From assembly GCA_040768485.1 (NCBI GenBank), contig JAXGMU010000002.1, positions 40,285 to 104,284 on the forward strand: 64,000 nucleotides of DNA, read 5' to 3'. This DNA comes from Bacteroidales bacterium (GTDB taxonomy: Bacteria; Bacteroidota; Bacteroidia; Bacteroidales; GCA-2748055). Both the position numbers and the translations under genes were made by a program. The notes under the pieces are model-generated. The model was not told the origin of the DNA, did no database searches, and saw only the letters and a list, made by a program, of their open reading frames with translations. Below are positions 17,804-27,251 of this stretch, piece by piece; within the stretch, counting starts at the first letter, position 1; each line of letters starts with the position of its first letter.

Positions 17804-18662
17804 AGCCCAGGTATGTTTTCAGGAGTTTGCTCCTTGATGTGTGCCTCAACCTGCGGATTGCCTTTTCCTTGATCTGGCGCACCCGCTCCCGGGTGAGTCC
17901 GAATTTCTCGCCGATCTCTTCCAGGGTCATTTCCTGGCAGCTGATTCCGAAGAAAAGCTTAATGATGTCCCGCTCCCTTTCGGTCAGTGTGGCCAGTGCA
18001 CGGTCCACCTCCCTGGAAAGGGATTCACTGATCAGGGTGTTGTCCGCATTGGGTGAATCATTGTTCACCAGTACATCGAGCAGGCTGTTGTCCTCACCAT
18101 CGACAAAGGGTGCGTCAACGGATACATGGCGCCCGGACACACGAAGTGTATCGGAGACCTTTTCCTTGGGTAACTCGAGGGCTTCCGCCAGTTCTTCAGG
18201 GGTCGGTGTGCGCTCATACTCCTGCTCAAATTTTGAAAACGCCTTGTTGATCTTGTTCAGAGAACCGACCTGGTTCAGCGGGAGGCGCACAATCCTTGAC
18301 TGTTCTGCCAGCGCCTGAAGGATCGATTGCCTGATCCACCAGACAGCGTAAGAGATGAATTTGAAGCCCCTTGTTTCGTCAAATTTTTCGGCCGCTTTGA
18401 TCAATCCCAGGTTGCCTTCGTTGATCAGGTCTGGAAGACTGAGCCCCTGGTTTTGATACTGTTTGGCCACGGAAACCACGAACCTGAGGTTCGCTCTTGT
18501 AAGTTTTTCAAGGGCGGCCCTGTCGCCCTTTTTGATCCGTTGAGCCAGTTCTACCTCTTCCTCAACAGTGATCAGCTCTTCCTTACCAATTTCCTGCAAA
18601 TATTTGTCCAGTGAAGCACTTTCCCTGTTGGTAATAGATTTTGTGATCTTTAACTGTCTCAT
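17802..18662 (-). CDS. rpoD: RNA polymerase primary sigma factor (Bacteroidota-type short sigma-A)
   Basis: 286 aa. Regions 2-4 conserved ([55 protein letters not shown]). No long region 1.1. Confidence 0.95.
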   Translation of the reverse strand: MRQLKITKSITNRESASLDKYLQEIGKEELITVEEEVELAQRIKKGDRAALEKLTRANLRFVVSVAKQYQNQGLSLPDLINEGNLGLIKAAEKFDETRGFKFISYAVWWIRQSILQALAEQSRIVRLPLNQVGSLNKINKAFSKFEQEYERTPTPEELAEALELPKEKVSDTLRVSGRHVSVDAPFVDGEDNSLLDVLVNNDSPNADNTLISESLSREVDRALATLTERERDIIKLFFGISCQEMTLEEIGEKFGLTRERVRQIKEKAIRRLRHTSRSKLLKTYLG

Positions 18663-18702
18663 TTATCTCTCCTCAAAATCAAATTATTAAATAAAACCTC
18701 TG

Positions 18703-18710
18703 CAAAGTTA
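18703..18710 (-). promoter_or_regulatory. candidate -7 promoter box (TAACTTTG on the minus strand) for rpoD
   Basis: The reverse complement of CAAAGTTA gives a TAnnTTTG match, about 41 nt upstream of the rpoD ATG. Confidence 0.35.
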
Positions 18711-18818
18711 GATGCTTATTTATTTATAATCAATTTAAATTAATGGCTGCTGATGCATGCATACCCGGGGACCGGACAGGTCCTTTCCATTTTAAACGTA
18801 TGGCCGCCGACGGATATT

Positions 18819-20252
18819 TTACATTCCGAAGGCGTAGTAGGAACGGCTCCCGTCCCCGTTCAACCCCTCGATGATCACTCCTCCTTCCGTTCCTTCCAGG
18901 ATCTCTGCAATGTCATTAACGCTGTTTACGGGTCTTTTGTTTATTGCGGTCAGGATAAATCCTTCCCTGATCCCGACCTTCATGAATTTTCCAGGCTTTA
19001 CTGATATGACTTTTAATCCGTTGCGTATTCCTAGAGCATGTTTTTCCCGGTCCGAAACCGGTTCAAAACTTGCTCCCAGCACCTCGATGATGCTTCCCCC
19101 CCTGACGATCTCGGTACCGCCCTCCATATTACGGAGGACCACATCAAATTGTTTCAGTTTCCCGTCGCGTTTCACGTCCACACGTACCCGGTCGTTGGGA
19201 CTGTACCTGGATATCTGCTCCTGCAACTCCGCTCCGCTGTTTACGCGCATGTCGTTGATGGAGATGATTATATCGCCCACCTTGATTCCGGCACTCCGGG
19301 CGGCACCCTCTGCATGGAGCCCGTTCACATAAACCCCTTCGATGCGGTCAAACTGCTTCTCCCTGGCCAGCTCTGCCGTCACGTCCTGGATGGTCACACC
19401 CAGAATGGCCCGCTGGACCGTTCCGTATTCCATCAGGTCGGATACGATCTTTTTCACGATGCTGACCGGGACCGCGAAGGAATATCCCGTGTAAGCACCG
19501 GTCCTTGAAGCGATGGCGGTGTTGATCCCCACCAGTTCCCCCCTGGTATTGATCAGCGCCCCTCCGCTGTTCCCGGGATTGACCGCCGCGTCCGTCTGGA
19601 TGAAGGACTCGATGCTGAAGTCCCCCCTCAGGATATTGAGGTTTCTGGCCTTGGCACTGACGATCCCCGCGGTCACCGTGCTTGTGAGGTTGTAAGGATT
19701 TCCGATGGCAATGACCCATTCTCCAAGCATGAGATGGTCGGAATCCCCGAACTCCAGTTTGTCCAGATCACCCCCCTCGATCTTCAGCAATGCGATATCG
19801 GTGGTCGGATCGGTCCCGATCAGCTTCGCATCGAATTCCCTCCTGTCGTTGAGGACCACCTGGATCTCATCGGACCGTTCGATCACATGGTTGTTGGTCA
19901 CGATGTATCCTGTTTCCGTGATGATCACCCCGCTCCCGAAGCCGAGGATCGGGGTCCGCTCAGTCCTTGGCTGTTCCCCGAAAAAGAACTCATAGAACGG
20001 ATTGACTGCATATTCCCTGAATTCCTTGGTCTTCACATGCACCACGGCATTGATGGACCGGTTCACCGCACCGGTGAAATCAAGTACCTGCCCCTCGCCG
20101 GAAACGGGAAGGTTCACGTACCGCATCCTGGGCTCGGCGGGAACCTCTACAACCCTGGATTCAGGCTGGAAGTACCTCGCATAGATGAACACCGCGGCGA
20201 CTGCACCGGTCACCACCAGGACAAACAGTCCGATGTATCTTTTGATATTCAT
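18819..20252 (-). CDS. DegP/HtrA (Do family) periplasmic serine protease with two PDZ domains
   Basis: Trypsin-like triad context (TNNHVI, DIALLKI, GNSGGAL) followed by two PDZ-like segments. N-terminal membrane anchor. Confidence 0.9.
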   Translation of the reverse strand: MNIKRYIGLFVLVVTGAVAAVFIYARYFQPESRVVEVPAEPRMRYVNLPVSGEGQVLDFTGAVNRSINAVVHVKTKEFREYAVNPFYEFFFGEQPRTERTPILGFGSGVIITETGYIVTNNHVIERSDEIQVVLNDRREFDAKLIGTDPTTDIALLKIEGGDLDKLEFGDSDHLMLGEWVIAIGNPYNLTSTVTAGIVSAKARNLNILRGDFSIESFIQTDAAVNPGNSGGALINTRGELVGINTAIASRTGAYTGYSFAVPVSIVKKIVSDLMEYGTVQRAILGVTIQDVTAELAREKQFDRIEGVYVNGLHAEGAARSAGIKVGDIIISINDMRVNSGAELQEQISRYSPNDRVRVDVKRDGKLKQFDVVLRNMEGGTEIVRGGSIIEVLGASFEPVSDREKHALGIRNGLKVISVKPGKFMKVGIREGFILTAINKRPVNSVNDIAEILEGTEGGVIIEGLNGDGSRSYYAFGM

Positions 20253-20403
20253 TATTTGACAGTATTAATTGTTACCTTTGTGTAGCCTTATTTGTTAATC
20301 AAAATCCGTGCCCGTTTACCTGCAATATACGATCATAACAAAGTTCAGGGCAAATTATTTATCATTCCCGGAAAGGTTTAACCTTTTTTAACGCTTCATC
20401 AGG

Positions 20404-21198
20404 ATGAAGGTTCAATTCTCGAAATATCACGGAACCGGAAATGACTTCGTGCTCATCGACGGAAGGGAGCAGGACACATCGGGATTCGATTACGGCCTGG
20501 TCAGACAGCTCTGTGACCGGAGGTTCGGCATCGGGGGAGACGGCCTGATCATCCTCATGGAATCGAAACGCGCTGATTTTAAGATGCTTTACTTCAATTC
20601 GGACGGATACGAAGGGACCATGTGCGGAAACGGGGGAAGATGCATCGCTGCCTTTGCCAGCCGGCTGGGGATCATCAGTATGGAGACTACCTTTGAAGGG
20701 ATTGACGGGTTGCACACGGCCACGATCCTGCCCAGCGGGGAAATCAGGCTGAAGCTGCGGGATGTGGACGGGATCAGGTGGATGGAGGACGGTTACCTGC
20801 TGGACACAGGTTCCCCGCATTTCATCAGGTTTGTTAAGGACCTTGCACAGATGGATGTACCTGCCGAAGGACGGGAGGTCAGAAAGCAGAAGCGCTTCGG
20901 GAAACGCGGCGTCAACGTGAATTTCGTGGAGGAGGGCGGGGGACCGAACAGGATCTCGGTGCGCACCTATGAACGCGGGGTGGAAGATGAAACTTTTTCG
21001 TGCGGAACCGGTGTGGTGGCCGCTGCCATTTGTGCATACTATCATTTCAGGACTGACATTCTTTCATACCACGTCACCACCCGGGGCGGGAACCTGCATG
21101 TATCTTTCAAATCCCAGTATCACAGCAAGTTTTCTGATATTTACCTGACAGGACCGGCGGCACATGTATTCGACGGAATGATCGAGATCCTCCCCTGA
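20404..21198 (+). CDS. dapF: diaminopimelate epimerase
   Basis: FSKYHGTGNDFVLID, MCGNGGRC and SCGTG catalytic-Cys motifs. Confidence 0.9.
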   Translation: MKVQFSKYHGTGNDFVLIDGREQDTSGFDYGLVRQLCDRRFGIGGDGLIILMESKRADFKMLYFNSDGYEGTMCGNGGRCIAAFASRLGIISMETTFEGIDGLHTATILPSGEIRLKLRDVDGIRWMEDGYLLDTGSPHFIRFVKDLAQMDVPAEGREVRKQKRFGKRGVNVNFVEEGGGPNRISVRTYERGVEDETFSCGTGVVAAAICAYYHFRTDILSYHVTTRGGNLHVSFKSQYHSKFSDIYLTGPAAHVFDGMIEILP

Positions 21199-21675
21199 TC
21201 AGGCTTCCTGGAGGGTTCGCGCAAATTCGAGGATCTTCTGAAAATCGATCTCCGGCTCTGTCTGCAGCCTTGCGGCTTTCCTGGTCATGATCTTCTGCAG
21301 GAGGTTCATCTTCTTCATATTGAGTTCCCCTCCGAAGAAGCCGCTGGCAAGTGCATGTCCCACGAGTTCTTCCGGGAACGCAATGTCGATCAGGCGGTTC
21401 TCATCGGCTTCCGGATCTGTGCAACAGACGAACAGACCCACAGGTTTCTTCAACAGTACCTCCAGGTGATTTTCACAGAAATATCTAACGGAGCGCTGGA
21501 TGGTGCCTTCATGGATGGACCCTCCGATGATGATCGTGTCGTAGTCCTTCAGGTTGATCCTTCTCCGGCGTGAAATCCTGAACATTTCCACGCCATTTCC
21601 CAGGTCCGCCTTCAATCTCGAAGCACACTGTTCGGTGCATCCCAGCGTGCTTGAATATGCGATCAGCGTTCTCAT
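21199..21675 (-). CDS. flavodoxin-domain protein (HemG-like, long-chain flavodoxin_5 type)
   Basis: MRTLIAYSSTLGCTEQ ... DTIIIGGSIH pattern. The start is set at the ATG at 21675. The longer tracked ORF upstream has no protein-like features. Confidence 0.7.
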   Translation of the reverse strand: MRTLIAYSSTLGCTEQCASRLKADLGNGVEMFRISRRRRINLKDYDTIIIGGSIHEGTIQRSVRYFCENHLEVLLKKPVGLFVCCTDPEADENRLIDIAFPEELVGHALASGFFGGELNMKKMNLLQKIMTRKAARLQTEPEIDFQKILEFARTLQEA

Positions 21676-21826
21676 GTGATCATCGGCACCTTCTCTACCG
21701 GACCAAAAATACACTATTTCGGTGATCAACCAAACGGATCGCTGTGGTTTATTAATTTTTTGATAAATTTTCGCCAAGTCATAACATTTTGATATACATT
21801 TACGTATTATAACCAAAACGGGAAAA

Positions 21827-22165
21827 ATGCCAGACAAATCAGCAACGCTGCCTGCAAAACCGGCAGAAAACCGAAGACTTCCGATCATCAACGAAGGTGC
21901 CAGAAAAAAGAGAATGCAGAAAAAATACCAGTTGCCCGTAATCGGACATTTCGCGGACCGCAGCGTTGAGTTCAAGAGCATTCTGGAAGCAGAAGCTGTT
22001 ACCGGGATCAATTACACCCTGATCTTTGAAGCGTGTATCGGCAAGATCTTCAAGGCCAAGAACGTTCACTGGGAGTATAAGAAAGGGAACCACTACATCA
22101 AATACAAAGCATACTACATTAACGCCCAGGAGAACTACCACCGGCTGGGCGGGTTTAATGGGTAA
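21827..22165 (+). CDS. small stand-alone DNA-binding protein resembling the NUMOD/IENR-type HTH module of phage homing endonucleases
   Basis: The motif FKSILEAEAVTGINYTLIFEACIGKIFKAKNVHWEYK follows the F-x-S-x-x-EA-x-x-x-GI...I...C..G...A.G..W.Y pattern seen C-terminal to HNH/GIY-YIG nucleases. No nuclease domain is present. The gene sits in an A/T-rich patch. Confidence 0.5.
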   Translation: MPDKSATLPAKPAENRRLPIINEGARKKRMQKKYQLPVIGHFADRSVEFKSILEAEAVTGINYTLIFEACIGKIFKAKNVHWEYKKGNHYIKYKAYYINAQENYHRLGGFNG

Positions 22166-22230
22166 TGTTGCTTCGCAACGTTAGATGAGTTAGGGAGTTA
22201 GGGGAGTTAGGAAAATCTTACATGAGGGGG

Positions 22231-22258
22231 CCTGTGCATGAGTGTGCGCAGGTTTTTT
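22231..22258 (+). terminator. rho-independent terminator after the small DNA-binding gene
   Basis: CCTGTGC-ATGAGTGT-GCGCAGG hairpin (one mismatch in the stem) followed by TTTTTT. Confidence 0.55.
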
Positions 22259-22286
22259 GTTTCCCGGAGATGCCGTTCTTCATAAT

Positions 22287-22363
22287 CTGAGGGATGCTTT
22301 TAAAGCAACCTGGCATCTTTTTGCGCCAGCAAAATTAGCACGTTGCTAGAAAGCATCCCTCAG
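22287..22363. repeat. 77-nt nested inverted repeat (three-tier hairpin) between gnd and the small gene
   Basis: Outer perfect 14-bp stem CTGAGGGATGCTTT / AAAGCATCCCTCAG. Middle 6-bp stem AGCAAC / GTTGCT. Inner 5-bp stem CTGGC / GCCAG with a 10-nt loop. No flanking U-run on either strand. Confidence 0.7.
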
Positions 22364-22435
22364 AAACAAAGAGAAGGATGACTATTTTAAGACAGACTCG
22401 CCTGACTCTCCGGAAGAATCTGCAGATAGGTTCCT

Positions 22436-23890
22436 TTAAGCATTGTACGTGGAAGAGCTGGTCGCTCCCCCGCGGCCGGTCCAGTTGGTATGGAAGAACT
22501 CTCCCCGCGGCCGGTCCAACCGCTCATAGGTATGGGCACCGAAGTAATCCCGCTGTGCCTGGAGCATGTTTGCCGGCAGGCGCTCAGAACGGTATCCGTC
22601 GAAATAGTTGAGCGCGGTGGTGAATGCCGGCACCGGGATCCCGTTGGACAGGGCGGTGGCGACCACCCTCCTCCAGCCGTCCTGGGCCGCTTCCACCTTC
22701 TTTTTGAAAAAGGGATCCAGTAACAGGTTGGGCAGGTCATTGTTGCGGTCGAATGCTTCCTTGATCCGTGCCAGGAATGCGGAACGAATGATGCAGCCAC
22801 CCCGCCAGAGCAGGGCAATCCCCCCGTAATTCAGTTCCCAGTCGTATTCATTTGCCGCCTCCCGCATCAGGGTGTATCCCTGTGCATATGAGACGATCTT
22901 GGAGGCATAAAGCGCCTGTTCGATGTCCCTGATAAATGCCTTTTTGTCCCCTTTAAATGCAGGATCCGGGCCTTTAAGGATCCTGGAGGCCTGCACACGT
23001 TCCTCCTTCAGTGCCGAGAGGCACCGTGCAAAGACAGCCTCACCGATCAGCGTGAGGGGGATGCCCAGATTCAGCGCCTCGATCCCCGTCCATTTCCCGG
23101 TACCCTTCTGTCCGGCCGTGTCCAGGATCTTCTCCAGCAGCGGTTCCCCGTCTTCATCCCTGAATGCAAGTATGTCCCGGGTGATTTCGATCAGGTAGCT
23201 GTCCAAATCGCCTGTATTCCATTCTCTGAATACTTCGTGCATCTCTTCATGGGTCATCCCCAGCAGGTTTTTCATCAGGTTGTAAGCTTCGCTGATCAGC
23301 TGCATATCCCCGTATTCGATCCCGTTGTGGACCATCTTGACAAAGTGCCCGGCACCATTGGCCCCGACCCAGTCGCAGCATGGTGTTCCATCCTCCACCT
23401 TCGCGGCGATACTCTGGAAGATCTCTTTCACGTGGGGCCAGGCACCGGCCGAACCTCCCGGCATGATGGAGGGACCCAGCAACGCGCCTTCTTCCCCTCC
23501 GGAAACCCCGGTCCCGATGTACAGCAATCCTTTTTCCTCCACATACCCCGTCCGCCTGATGGTGTCGGGAAAATGGGAATTACCCCCGTCAATAATGATA
23601 TCCCCTTCTTCCAGGTGCGGGATCAGCATTTGGATGAAATCATCCACCGGTTTTCCTGCCTTCACGAGCAGCATTACCTTCCTGGGCCGTTCCAGGGAGG
23701 CGATGAATTCCTCCACGGAATGCGCGCCGATAAATTTTTTCCCTTTCCCCCTCCCCTCCATGAAACGGTCCACTTTTTCAACCGTCCTGTTGTATACCGC
23801 CACCGTGTAGCCTTTGCTTTCCATGTTCAATACTAGGTTCTCACCCATCACGGCGAGTCCGATCAGTCCAATGTCAGCTTTTGTTTTCAT
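22436..23890 (-). CDS. gnd: 6-phosphogluconate dehydrogenase (decarboxylating)
   Basis: IGLIGLAVMGENLVLN, GGNSHF and HFVKMVHNGIEYGDMQLI motifs. 484 aa. Confidence 0.95.
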   Translation of the reverse strand: MKTKADIGLIGLAVMGENLVLNMESKGYTVAVYNRTVEKVDRFMEGRGKGKKFIGAHSVEEFIASLERPRKVMLLVKAGKPVDDFIQMLIPHLEEGDIIIDGGNSHFPDTIRRTGYVEEKGLLYIGTGVSGGEEGALLGPSIMPGGSAGAWPHVKEIFQSIAAKVEDGTPCCDWVGANGAGHFVKMVHNGIEYGDMQLISEAYNLMKNLLGMTHEEMHEVFREWNTGDLDSYLIEITRDILAFRDEDGEPLLEKILDTAGQKGTGKWTGIEALNLGIPLTLIGEAVFARCLSALKEERVQASRILKGPDPAFKGDKKAFIRDIEQALYASKIVSYAQGYTLMREAANEYDWELNYGGIALLWRGGCIIRSAFLARIKEAFDRNNDLPNLLLDPFFKKKVEAAQDGWRRVVATALSNGIPVPAFTTALNYFDGYRSERLPANMLQAQRDYFGAHTYERLDRPRGEFFHTNWTGRGGATSSSTYNA

Positions 23891-23937
23891 TTACATAATT
23901 GGTTTTTTGTTTGGTATTTATATGATTTTTTTTGCAA

Positions 23938-25071
23938 TCATTCCTGTATTACATTGAATCCCAGCTTCCTGAACACTTGAACGGTCCCGGCGGTTCCTCC
24001 CCGGAGCCGGAGCGTCCAGGCCGGGGGTTCCCTGCGCGGCGGATAACTCCCCCGGAGCATTTCAAAAGCGCCCGGATCTTCCCTCAGTCTCCTGTCATCC
24101 CTGGTTACATCGTACGTCTGACTGTATACCTCCCACAGGAGGGTTCCAGGGTCCTTTCCGGATGCATCTGCCCGGATCCCGGGCGAATCCGGCGGCGGGA
24201 TGTGCGGGGGTGTCCACCGGTCCAGTCCCAGTTGAAAAAAGCGGCTCACCGCCCTGACCGCCATGGTCGTTCCCCCGGCCTTTCCATCCATGGAGTATCC
24301 AGCGATATGAGGCGTCCCGATGGTGATCACATCCAGCAAATCCCTGTTGATGGCCGGTTCGCCGGAAAACACATCCAGAACTGTTCCTGCAAGCCTTCCC
24401 TTCCGGATCCCCTCCAGGAGTGAGGACTCGTCGACCACCCCACCCCGGGAGGTATTGATCAGGATGGCTCCCTTTCTGATCCGTTCCATAAAACGCCTGT
24501 CAACCATCCCCGCGGTATTGTCCCTGCCTCCCCGGTTCAGGGGCACATGCAGGGTGATGATATCGGCCTCCTCCAGGAGCCGGTCCAGTCCGGTGAACTG
24601 CTCTCCCCCTTCGGCACGCTGCCTGGGGGGATCGTTCAACAGCACGTTCATCCCCAGGGCATCTGCAGCCTCTGCAACCAGGCTTCCCACATGTCCCACT
24701 CCCACCACACCCAGGGTCAGGTCACTCAGATCAAACCCCATTCTGAGCGCCAGGTGAAGCAGCACCGACACCATGTACTGCTGCACGGAGGACGCATTGC
24801 AGCCCGGTGCATTGGTCCACCTGATCCCTGCCCTTCGGCAATATTCCGTGTCGATGTGATCAAAACCGATGGTGGCCGAGGCGATCATCCGTATACCGGT
24901 ATGCTCCAGAAGGGCCCGGTCGCACCGGGTCCGCGTCCTCGTGATCAGGCATTCCGTATCTTTCAGATCCGGCTGTCTGATTTCGCTTCCCGGCAGGTAC
25001 GACACCTCTGCCGCTTCTTCAAAAGCGCCCCTCAGGAACGGGATCCGCTCATCTGCCACGATCCGGATCAT
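23938..25071 (-). CDS. pdxB: 4-phosphoerythronate dehydrogenase
   Basis: Collinear with E. coli PdxB as recalled: MxIxxDExxP start, TATxGxDHxD, NAPGCNA, GVVGVGxVG, TPHIAGYSxxGKxxGT, and the PdxB-specific C-terminal dimerisation domain (YDVxRDD). Confidence 0.85.
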   Translation of the reverse strand: MIRIVADERIPFLRGAFEEAAEVSYLPGSEIRQPDLKDTECLITRTRTRCDRALLEHTGIRMIASATIGFDHIDTEYCRRAGIRWTNAPGCNASSVQQYMVSVLLHLALRMGFDLSDLTLGVVGVGHVGSLVAEAADALGMNVLLNDPPRQRAEGGEQFTGLDRLLEEADIITLHVPLNRGGRDNTAGMVDRRFMERIRKGAILINTSRGGVVDESSLLEGIRKGRLAGTVLDVFSGEPAINRDLLDVITIGTPHIAGYSMDGKAGGTTMAVRAVSRFFQLGLDRWTPPHIPPPDSPGIRADASGKDPGTLLWEVYSQTYDVTRDDRRLREDPGAFEMLRGSYPPRREPPAWTLRLRGGTAGTVQVFRKLGFNVIQE

Positions 25072-26345
25072 CCGCGGGCAAATTTATCCTTCCAGGACCA
25101 GAGTCCCAGTGCAGGATTGGAAACGAAATAAATCTCCTCCCCGTCTGCCAGCCGGTTATATCCCTCCTTCAATTTAGCGGGATTGTACCGGGAGATCATA
25201 TCGCCAAGATCCGCATACTGGTAATTCACCGATTCAATCTCTTCCTTTGAGAGGTGACCCGGACAGTAGGTGACCCTGAACCTCCCCTCCGAAGAACCAT
25301 GGATCAGGTGTGCCGCGGCACTCAGGTTCTGCCTCAGTTCTTCATGGTGTTCCACCGCATCCAGGATCTCCGGTGTGGTTTTGTAACCGTACTTCCTGAT
25401 CAGCCGGTCGATCTCCCTGTCCTCCCCGAATTCCTTGAGCCCGGGTGCCAGCACCAGCAGTTCTCCCCCTCCGGCCAGTGCCATCCGGGTCCTGTAGATG
25501 CTTTTATTCCCGAGCCAGGTGCTCCTGAATTCTTCGGGCTCAAGGTACACCACGATCTTTTCCAGGGGTTTGTCCAGCAACACAAAATTTACCTCCAGGG
25601 AGAGTTCAGACGCCCTGAGGAAACACTGTGCATCGTCCCCGATAAACAGACCGCGGACCACCAGGCGGCCCGACCGGTCCCTGCCCACGACGGTCAGGAC
25701 ATAAAGCAGCGGCAGATCGGAGGTGAAATGTCCGGAGGCATAATTGAGCACTTTTCTCACAGGCGTGTCGGCCCGTCCCATGATCCGTTCCAGTCCGTAT
25801 GCAGCCCCCAGGAAATGACTCTTGTTGATACCCTCAGGCCCCCCGGTCCCCACGAAAATATTCTTGTTGTAGTTTGCCATTCCGGCCACTTCATGGGGGA
25901 CCACCTGGCCGATGGATACGATCAGGTCATGTCCCCCTTTTACGATCATGGTATTCAACTGTGCGGGCCAGCTGTAGGAGACCATTCCCCCGGATACCTC
26001 TTTCAGAAAGCTTCCCGGCACCTCACCCACGGTGACCACATCATTCCTCCAGTCATGCACCCGGAACAGGGAAACCGGCACATCCGGGAACATTCTGCGG
26101 ATCTCCGGTCCGGTCATGGGTTCATGGGTGCCGATGGCGGGCAGGATATCGGTGAGCCGCTCTCCGTAGTATTCATGGACAAACTGGGTGATCAGCCCGG
26201 CCCTGCTGTAAAATCTGGTGATATCCGGCGGGATGGCTAGCACCCTGTTCCGGTGGCCCGCTTTGTCAAGAGCCCGGAATAATCCCTCCCTGATCTCCTC
26301 ATCGGTCAGGGCCACATCGGGCCCGCCCTTTTCAAAATAGATCAT
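25068..26345 (-). CDS. LarA-family (lactate racemase domain, DUF2088) protein; candidate nickel-pincer 2-hydroxyacid racemase or epimerase
   Basis: 425 aa with the general N-terminal LarA layout (IPPDITR..., GTHEPMT, VVPHEVAGM, NKNIFVGTGG). 4-nt ATGA overlap with pdxB. Substrate not assignable from sequence. Confidence 0.7.
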   Translation of the reverse strand: MIYFEKGGPDVALTDEEIREGLFRALDKAGHRNRVLAIPPDITRFYSRAGLITQFVHEYYGERLTDILPAIGTHEPMTGPEIRRMFPDVPVSLFRVHDWRNDVVTVGEVPGSFLKEVSGGMVSYSWPAQLNTMIVKGGHDLIVSIGQVVPHEVAGMANYNKNIFVGTGGPEGINKSHFLGAAYGLERIMGRADTPVRKVLNYASGHFTSDLPLLYVLTVVGRDRSGRLVVRGLFIGDDAQCFLRASELSLEVNFVLLDKPLEKIVVYLEPEEFRSTWLGNKSIYRTRMALAGGGELLVLAPGLKEFGEDREIDRLIRKYGYKTTPEILDAVEHHEELRQNLSAAAHLIHGSSEGRFRVTYCPGHLSKEEIESVNYQYADLGDMISRYNPAKLKEGYNRLADGEEIYFVSNPALGLWSWKDKFARG

Positions 26346-26398
26346 TTGCAGATTGTTTTGGTAAGCTTACATGGTTACAATCCTTGGCCTTTAATCCC

Positions 26399-27250
26399 TT
26401 ATACTCCTCCGTATGCGCTGTATCCTCCATCCACCGGGATGCATATTCCGGTGATGAACCGGCTCAGGTCCGAAAGCAGGTAGAGGACGGTCCCGTTGAG
26501 ATCGTCAGGATCCCCGAACACCCCCATGGGCGTACTGGCGATGATCTTTTCTCCCCGGGGAGTCAGTTTGCCGGTTTTCTCGTCCAGCAGGAGGAACCTG
26601 TTCTGACTGGTCAGGAAAAAACCGGGTGCAATCGCGTTCACCCGCACGCCAACCTTTGCGAAATGCACCGCCAGCCACTGGGTAAAATTGTTGATGGATG
26701 CTTTCGCGGCCGAATATGCCGGGATCTTCGTCAGCGGTCTGAAGGCGTTCATGGAAGAGATGTTCAGCACCACACCTCTCTGCCTGGCGGCCATCTCCCG
26801 GGTAAATACGAGGGTGGGCAACAGCGTTCCCGTAAAATTCAGGTCAAACACTTTACGGAAACCATCCAGTTCAATTCCGAAAAATCCTTCGTCCATCCTG
26901 TTCAGGTCCTCTTCGGTGATCTGTTCCAGCCGGGTGGTGGCCCTGGGCGAATTTCCGCCCGCTCCGTTGATCAGCATGTCCACCCTGCCCGCCTCCCGGA
27001 GAATCTTTTCCCGCACCGCCTCGAGAGATTCCTTGTCCAGCACATCGGCTTTGTATCCGAAAGCGCGCACACCGGTCTCAGAGCGGATCTCTTCCGCAAG
27101 GCGGGAAGCTGCCTCCTCGTTGATATCCAGGATGACGGTGACCACCCCCGCCGAGGCCAGTCCCCGCGCAATCGATGATCCAAGCACACCCCCACCTCCG
27201 GTGATCACGCAGATCTTGTCTTTCAGGTCTTCGAATGATAATTGTTCCAT
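26399..27250 (-). CDS. SDR-family oxidoreductase (UxuB-like, short-chain D-mannonate/fructuronate oxidoreductase type)
   Basis: VITGGGGVLG Rossmann motif, NGAG, and catalytic YSAAK. The start is set at MEQLSFEDL (ATG at 27250), 1 nt after the LacI stop. Confidence 0.8.
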   Translation of the reverse strand: MEQLSFEDLKDKICVITGGGGVLGSSIARGLASAGVVTVILDINEEAASRLAEEIRSETGVRAFGYKADVLDKESLEAVREKILREAGRVDMLINGAGGNSPRATTRLEQITEEDLNRMDEGFFGIELDGFRKVFDLNFTGTLLPTLVFTREMAARQRGVVLNISSMNAFRPLTKIPAYSAAKASINNFTQWLAVHFAKVGVRVNAIAPGFFLTSQNRFLLLDEKTGKLTPRGEKIIASTPMGVFGDPDDLNGTVLYLLSDLSRFITGICIPVDGGYSAYGGV

Positions 27251-27251
27251 G

